Shown piece after piece: positions 7,307 through 11,085 of a stretch of 11,085 bases of DNA (positions are counted from its first letter, which is position 1; every line of letters starts with the position of its first letter). The notes beneath the pieces are model-generated. The model saw only the letters and a program-made list of their open reading frames with translations, was not told where the DNA came from and made no database searches. Source of the stretch: Thermoproteaceae archaeon. Lineage in GTDB: Archaea > Thermoproteota > Thermoprotei > Thermoproteales > Thermoproteaceae. Made by a program: the position numbers and the translations under genes. The stretch spans positions 1 through 11,085 of the forward strand of contig JAJHRB010000051.1 of assembly GCA_020833025.1 (NCBI GenBank), read 5' to 3'.

Positions 7307-7319
7307 TCAAGGGTTTTCC
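7307..7319 (+). promoter_or_regulatory. Conserved upstream element copy 4 (TCAAGGGTTTTCC)
   Basis: T-run 7314-7317 ends 23 nt before GTG 7340. Confidence 0.6.
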
Positions 7320-7339
7320 CTGCCCAGTCCAGAGACCCC

Positions 7340-7636
7340 GTGGTCCTTAAGATCAGGAGGGGGGCCCTAGCGCAAATGCTGGAGGGAGAGGAAGGCGGGC
7401 GGCTTGACGCGCAGCGGGAGATCTTGAGTGCCGGTGACAGGAGGGAAGGCGGAGGGGCAGTAGAGGCGCCGGAGAGCCCTTGGGAGGACCTGCTCGTCAG
7501 ACTGCTAGCGTCGGCGCCAGAGGACGTCGTGCAGAAGCTTGTCAACTGCCTATCTCGCGACGACTTAATTAGAGTGCTCGAGCGCAAGAGCAAGGATCCA
7601 TATCTAAGACTTGCAATAATATTATTGAAAAAATGA
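7340..7636 (+). CDS. Small cytoplasmic protein (98 aa): flexible Gly/Glu-rich N-half and helical C-terminal domain; possible partner of the ParA/MinD ATPase
   Basis: No TM segment. Amphipathic helices WEDLLVRLLA...DDLIRVLERK...YLRLAIILLKK. ATGA overlap with the next gene. The start is supported by the motif spacing. Confidence 0.75.
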   Translation: MVLKIRRGALAQMLEGEEGGRLDAQREILSAGDRREGGGAVEAPESPWEDLLVRLLASAPEDVVQKLVNCLSRDDLIRVLERKSKDPYLRLAIILLKK

Positions 7637-7661
7637 TAAGTATAGGTTTTGCATATATTAA
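7601..7661. other. AT-rich island (12 G+C in 61 nt, ~20%) containing the perfect palindrome CAATAATATTATTG (7614-7627), spanning the junction into the ParA/MinD gene
   Basis: Counted directly from the sequence. It contrasts with the roughly two-thirds GC background. Confidence 0.8.
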
Positions 7662-8229
7662 GGGGGGTACTGGCAAGACCGTGCTCGCGACGTCCGCCGC
7701 GCTGTACTTAAACGCCGTGGGCGCGCCGGCGGCGCTAATTGACGCGTCGCCGGTGCCCATGGCCGCGCTGCTAATGGGCGCGAGCGCCAGCAGAGGGATG
7801 CACGAGGGCAGGCAGGGCGTTCCCGTGTTTAACCTGAGGGGCACCGGGGGGCTGCACGAGGCGCTTAAAGCGCTGGAGGCCGCCAGAGTGTCTGTAGTCG
7901 CGGTCGACCTCCCGCCCGCTCCCAGGACGCCGAGACTGGATATCGTTATCGCCGTGACGGACCCTCCCGGGCTGCACTTCGCGCAAGAGTTCAAGGCCGA
8001 CGCCTCCCTTACTATTCTAGCGCTGAACAAGTCTGACGGCGCGCCGAGCGTGGCAACGTCTATTGCAAATGCCGTGGTCGCGCTGCCGTACAGCCCCGGC
8101 GTTGAGAGGGCTTACCAGAGGCTCCTCCCGCCGATTCTTGTACACTCTGAGAGGGCGCCCTCGCTAGCTAGGTGGAAGCGCGCCTTCCTCGAGCTAATGC
8201 GCATCGTGGCGGAGGAGCTAAGAAGATGA
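7633..8229 (+). CDS. Short ParA/MinD/Soj-family (SIMIBI) P-loop ATPase (198 aa)
   Basis: Deviant Walker A KGGTGKT at the N-terminus, Walker A' ALIDASP, Walker B VAVDLPP, LNK motif and a downstream LPY. Subfamily (ParA vs MinD vs CpaE/TadZ-like) cannot be resolved by eye. Confidence 0.9.
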   Translation: MISIGFAYIKGGTGKTVLATSAALYLNAVGAPAALIDASPVPMAALLMGASASRGMHEGRQGVPVFNLRGTGGLHEALKALEAARVSVVAVDLPPAPRTPRLDIVIAVTDPPGLHFAQEFKADASLTILALNKSDGAPSVATSIANAVVALPYSPGVERAYQRLLPPILVHSERAPSLARWKRAFLELMRIVAEELRR

Positions 8230-8654
8230 CCCCGCGTCACCCGCACATAGAGGTCCTTCACAGGATGAAGCAAGAAGTGGAGGCCATTGAAAGGGAGATC
8301 GCAGAGAGGGAGAGGCAGGCCGCGGGAGGGGCATTAAGGGATGTGGCCAGGTGGGACGCAAAGTACGCCAGAGAGTGGAATTCAGAGTATATCACAACCG
8401 GGCTGGAGGCCTTCCTCTCGTCCTACCGCGCGAGGCCTGTCTTTGAGGAGCTGTGGCGCCTTGCGCTGCAGTGCGCCGACGCGCGCTTTTGCTACCGCGT
8501 GCTAGCGCATGCAAGATTGTCGCGCTCAAGCGAGGCGCTGGCCGCCATTAAAAGAGCCGTGAGGACCGGCGCGAATCTCGAGCGCGTGCTTAAAGCGCTC
8601 TGGGACGGCAGGATCGAGGATGCAGTGAGGCTGGCTGGCCGTGAGGAGGCCTAA
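8226..8654 (+). CDS. Small cytoplasmic all-helical protein (142 aa) with N-terminal coiled coil
   Basis: ATG 8226 overlaps the ParA stop (ATGA) and is preferred over 8172. Coiled-coil-like EVLHRMKQEVEAIEREIAERERQ, no TM segment. Confidence 0.8.
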   Translation: MTPRHPHIEVLHRMKQEVEAIEREIAERERQAAGGALRDVARWDAKYAREWNSEYITTGLEAFLSSYRARPVFEELWRLALQCADARFCYRVLAHARLSRSSEALAAIKRAVRTGANLERVLKALWDGRIEDAVRLAGREEA

Positions 8655-10647
8655 CATTTACGCGTACGCGACTATTGCCGCGCTGGCCTCTGCGTCACTA
8701 GTGCCGGACCCGCTGCTAGCCGCGCTGGCCGCGCTGTCTGCTGCCGTCTGGGGCGAGTGGCTGCTCTTATGGGCCTACCCGCGCCCTCTCGAGCCTTACC
8801 GGGAGAGAGTAGAAATCGGGGGGTTCAAGGCGGCGTACGACCCGAGGCGAGGGCTGTATCACTTCTTTTGGCGCGCAGAGCCCAACAGGAGCGAGCTTGG
8901 CGCCAGCGCAGTGCCAACGCTGCACGAGCTCTACGCCCAGCTGTCGCTGAGGCCCGGCGAGTACATTGCCGTGATCCAGCACGGCGCCGAGCGATACATC
9001 CGCTTCACGACGAGAAATCCCGACGCGCGGAGGCTCGAGGGCCTCGAGGCAGTGCTCGGCCTCTACTTCATCCTGAGGAGGGATGCCCCGTGGCTCCCGC
9101 CGAGGATTAGGCCGTCCCGGGCGCTTTATCTCATTGCCGCGCTTCCCGCGCTTCTCGCGGCGCGCAATCCCGGCATGCTGCTGGCGGCGCTGGCGCTGCT
9201 GTACCGCGCGCACGCCGTCATTAAGTGGTACAGAGAGGCAGTTCCTGACCTGGCCTTCACGACCGTGAGCACCAAGCGCGAGCTTGGCACGTCCCGGCAG
9301 GTTCTCGAGACTCTCGCAGGCGCCGAGGCGGCTGCCGCGGGCAGAATGGATAGGTGGGCTGTCGTGTTAGCGCCTAGGCCCGAGTCCCAGGTCGAGAGGG
9401 AGTTCGGGCGCGCGTACGAGTCGCCGGCCGAGAGAAAGGGAGTCGTGATAAGGCTGCACAGAACCTCCCAGCTTCTCGAGAGGATGATAAAGTATGACGA
9501 GAGGCCGATATACCTGCAGGCATTCGGGGACAGGGAGCTCGCAACACAGCTGGAGATCAAGAGGAGCAGGCTCGCGAACGTGCTGCTCTGGCTGCCGAGC
9601 GAGACATACATGACGAAGGCGCTGTCGTGCGACCTGGCCAGGTTCCCCGTGCTCTACGGCGGCAAGCTAATTGACGTCGGGCGGAAGCTTCTCGTCGGCC
9701 ACGACAGGTTCGGGAGGCCCGTCGAGATAGACCTGGACGCCATGCCGACAGCTCACGCAGTCGTGCTGGGCCCCAGCGGCATGGGCAAGAGCTGGGCCGT
9801 TGCCACTCTCTTGAGGAGAATTGCAGAGCAGCACAAAGACATTAGCGTGGTGGTAATAGACCCGCACGGCGACTACAGCAAGCTCGCCGAGCTCATAGGC
9901 GCGTCCGTCTACGAGGTCCCGAGGCAGCTCCCGCCTCTAGATACCATTAAGGGGAGCCGGTATGCACACGCGCTGCTGGAGGAGTTTGGACTCGCTGGCG
10001 AGGAGCTCGAAGACGCCGCCGCCCTCGTGGCGAGAGACGCGGGCGTTAACGACATTACATTCGTGACGCCGCCGGCAGACTCCCACGTGGTTTACGAGTT
10101 GCGCGTGCTGAGAGGAGACGCGCACGCCCAAGCGTTCTTCGTATCGCTGTTGTTGCTGTGGCACCTATCCGCCTACGGCCGCAGGCCGCCGGCCGAGAGG
10201 CTGGAGCGCATTATTGTTGTCGACGAGGCCGCGCTGCTGGCGCACACGGCCCGCGTGTCTGAGACGGGACTGGTAATAAACGTGCCGCTGAACTTAATAC
10301 GGCAGTACAGCATGGGCGGCAGGAAGTACGGCTTTGCGGTATGGCTCGTGGCGCAGCTCGCCCGGCACGTGCCCGAGGACATAATCGAGAATGCCGGCTT
10401 CGTGCTCCAGCTCGGCGGGACCAGACGGGCGCTGAGAAGGTCAGCGGAGATACTGCTCCTTGACAGGCACGACCTTGAGTACCTCAGAAGCGCCGCGACG
10501 CCTCGCGAGACTGCGAGTAGCCAGCGCGAGGGAGGCCCGCGCCCCTACGCCGCGGGCATTCTCTACATGTCGCCGAGAGACATAGTCTACCACGTGAGGA
10601 TACCCCTCGACCCAGAGCTGAAGGAGGCTCCGGCGGGAGTGCCATGA
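8641..10647 (+). CDS. Membrane-anchored HerA/VirB4 (FtsK-HerA superfamily, DUF87-like) ATPase (668 aa), CedB/TedB-like architecture
   Basis: VG.D..G.PV.IDL...HAVVLG lead-in, Walker A GPSGMGKS (nt 9769-9792), VVVIDPHGDY, Walker B IIVVDEAA (Asp at nt 10222), GRKYG arginine finger, and LVAQ...IIENAG. Two hydrophobic hairpins in the N-terminal third (about aa 7-45 and 160-195). Confidence 0.9.
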   Translation: MRRPNIYAYATIAALASASLVPDPLLAALAALSAAVWGEWLLLWAYPRPLEPYRERVEIGGFKAAYDPRRGLYHFFWRAEPNRSELGASAVPTLHELYAQLSLRPGEYIAVIQHGAERYIRFTTRNPDARRLEGLEAVLGLYFILRRDAPWLPPRIRPSRALYLIAALPALLAARNPGMLLAALALLYRAHAVIKWYREAVPDLAFTTVSTKRELGTSRQVLETLAGAEAAAAGRMDRWAVVLAPRPESQVEREFGRAYESPAERKGVVIRLHRTSQLLERMIKYDERPIYLQAFGDRELATQLEIKRSRLANVLLWLPSETYMTKALSCDLARFPVLYGGKLIDVGRKLLVGHDRFGRPVEIDLDAMPTAHAVVLGPSGMGKSWAVATLLRRIAEQHKDISVVVIDPHGDYSKLAELIGASVYEVPRQLPPLDTIKGSRYAHALLEEFGLAGEELEDAAALVARDAGVNDITFVTPPADSHVVYELRVLRGDAHAQAFFVSLLLLWHLSAYGRRPPAERLERIIVVDEAALLAHTARVSETGLVINVPLNLIRQYSMGGRKYGFAVWLVAQLARHVPEDIIENAGFVLQLGGTRRALRRSAEILLLDRHDLEYLRSAATPRETASSQREGGPRPYAAGILYMSPRDIVYHVRIPLDPELKEAPAGVP

Positions 10648-11085
10648 GCGCCGACTGGAGGGACTGCATCTACAGGCCCCACCTCTGCGGGCAGGGCGAC
10701 GAGCAGAGAGCAGAGGGCTTGAGAGAGCTGCTAGCAGAGCTTCACGGCCGGCCTGCCAGCTCCATGCGGGCGCGCTGGCAGCGCGAGAGGCCCGAGGCCC
10801 TGATACCTGCCGCGCACGGACTGCCTGTCAGACACGGCGGCTTTCTGCTCGCCAGCTACTGGCACGTCGTGAGGGAGCCTCACGCGGCGGCGGGCGATAT
10901 CGTTGTGGTGAGAGGTCCCGGCGAGTACTACATCCTGCGCCGCGCGAAAAGGGCAGACGCGTGGATCGAGGCGCCGCCCGAGCTCATGGTTGCGGGACGC
11001 GTAGATAGGCGCCTGTGCGTCTACGGCTTCGTGCTGCTGCGAGACATTGAGCGCGTGGCAGAGCTCGTCGGGGCGGGCACTCACG
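10644..11085 (+). CDS. Hypothetical protein, 3'-truncated by the window end (>147 aa); absent from the ORF track
   Basis: ATGA overlap with the ATPase stop. The frame stays open to the end of the window: MSADWRDCIYRPHLCGQGDEQRAEGLRELLAELHGRP...LCVYGFVLLRDIERVAELVGAGTH. Codon usage matches the neighbours. Confidence 0.8.
   Translation, partial: MSADWRDCIYRPHLCGQGDEQRAEGLRELLAELHGRPASSMRARWQRERPEALIPAAHGLPVRHGGFLLASYWHVVREPHAAAGDIVVVRGPGEYYILRRAKRADAWIEAPPELMVAGRVDRRLCVYGFVLLRDIERVAELVGAGTH

Noticed and set aside
973-7319. Equating the shared motif with the Sulfolobales DNA-damage-responsive element ANTTTC
   Set aside because: None of the four copies matches ANTTTC exactly, and they sit at the TATA position rather than upstream of it. 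The resemblance is superficial.
8641-10647. Calling the ATPase the DNA-repair helicase HerA
   Set aside because: It has TM hairpins, lacks an obvious N-terminal HAS-barrel, and there is no nurA/mre11/rad50 in the window.
84-11084. Numerous minus-strand and alternate-frame ORFs (for example 359-925, 2223-2699, 3366-4256, 7270-7593, 7569-8030, 9126-9611, 10731-11084)
   Set aside because: They are shadows of well-supported + strand genes in GC-rich DNA, with Arg/Pro/Ser/Gly-biased translations and no motifs.
1-11085. CRISPR arrays, tRNA/rRNA genes, IS elements, integrase
   Set aside because: I saw no regularly spaced repeats, RNA-gene signatures, terminal inverted repeats or recombinase motifs, and nearly all of the sequence is occupied by CDS.

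Overview
An 11-kb, GC-rich (roughly two-thirds G+C by eye) cluster of 13 tightly packed + strand genes. It is most likely archaeal and Thermoproteales-like. This is an inference from frequent AGG/AGA and ATA codons, GTG starts, apparently leaderless first genes, and Cys- and N-sequon-rich exported proteins. The left part (3-7282) encodes eight exported or membrane-anchored proteins: a coiled-coil stalk protein with a C-terminal anchor, a 1011-aa secreted glycoprotein, and six small or medium proteins with one N-terminal hydrophobic helix. Several of those helices resemble mature type IV pilin N-termini but have no cleavable leader. The right part (7340->11085) is a translationally coupled unit: small helical protein, short ParA/MinD-family ATPase, small coiled-coil protein, membrane-anchored HerA/VirB4-family ATPase, and a gene running off the window that the ORF track misses. 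All four internal intergenic gaps carry the same non-canonical element (TCAnGnnTTTTCC in three, CTAGCACTTTTCC in the fourth), with its T-run ending 23-24 nt before the next start codon. My best reading is a co-regulated, poorly characterised archaeal surface filament / type IV secretion-like (Ced/Ted-like or conjugative) system. No PilB/VirB11 ATPase, TadC platform, prepilin peptidase, integrase, RNA gene or CRISPR array is visible in the window. No database searches were run; all family assignments come from motifs read by eye.
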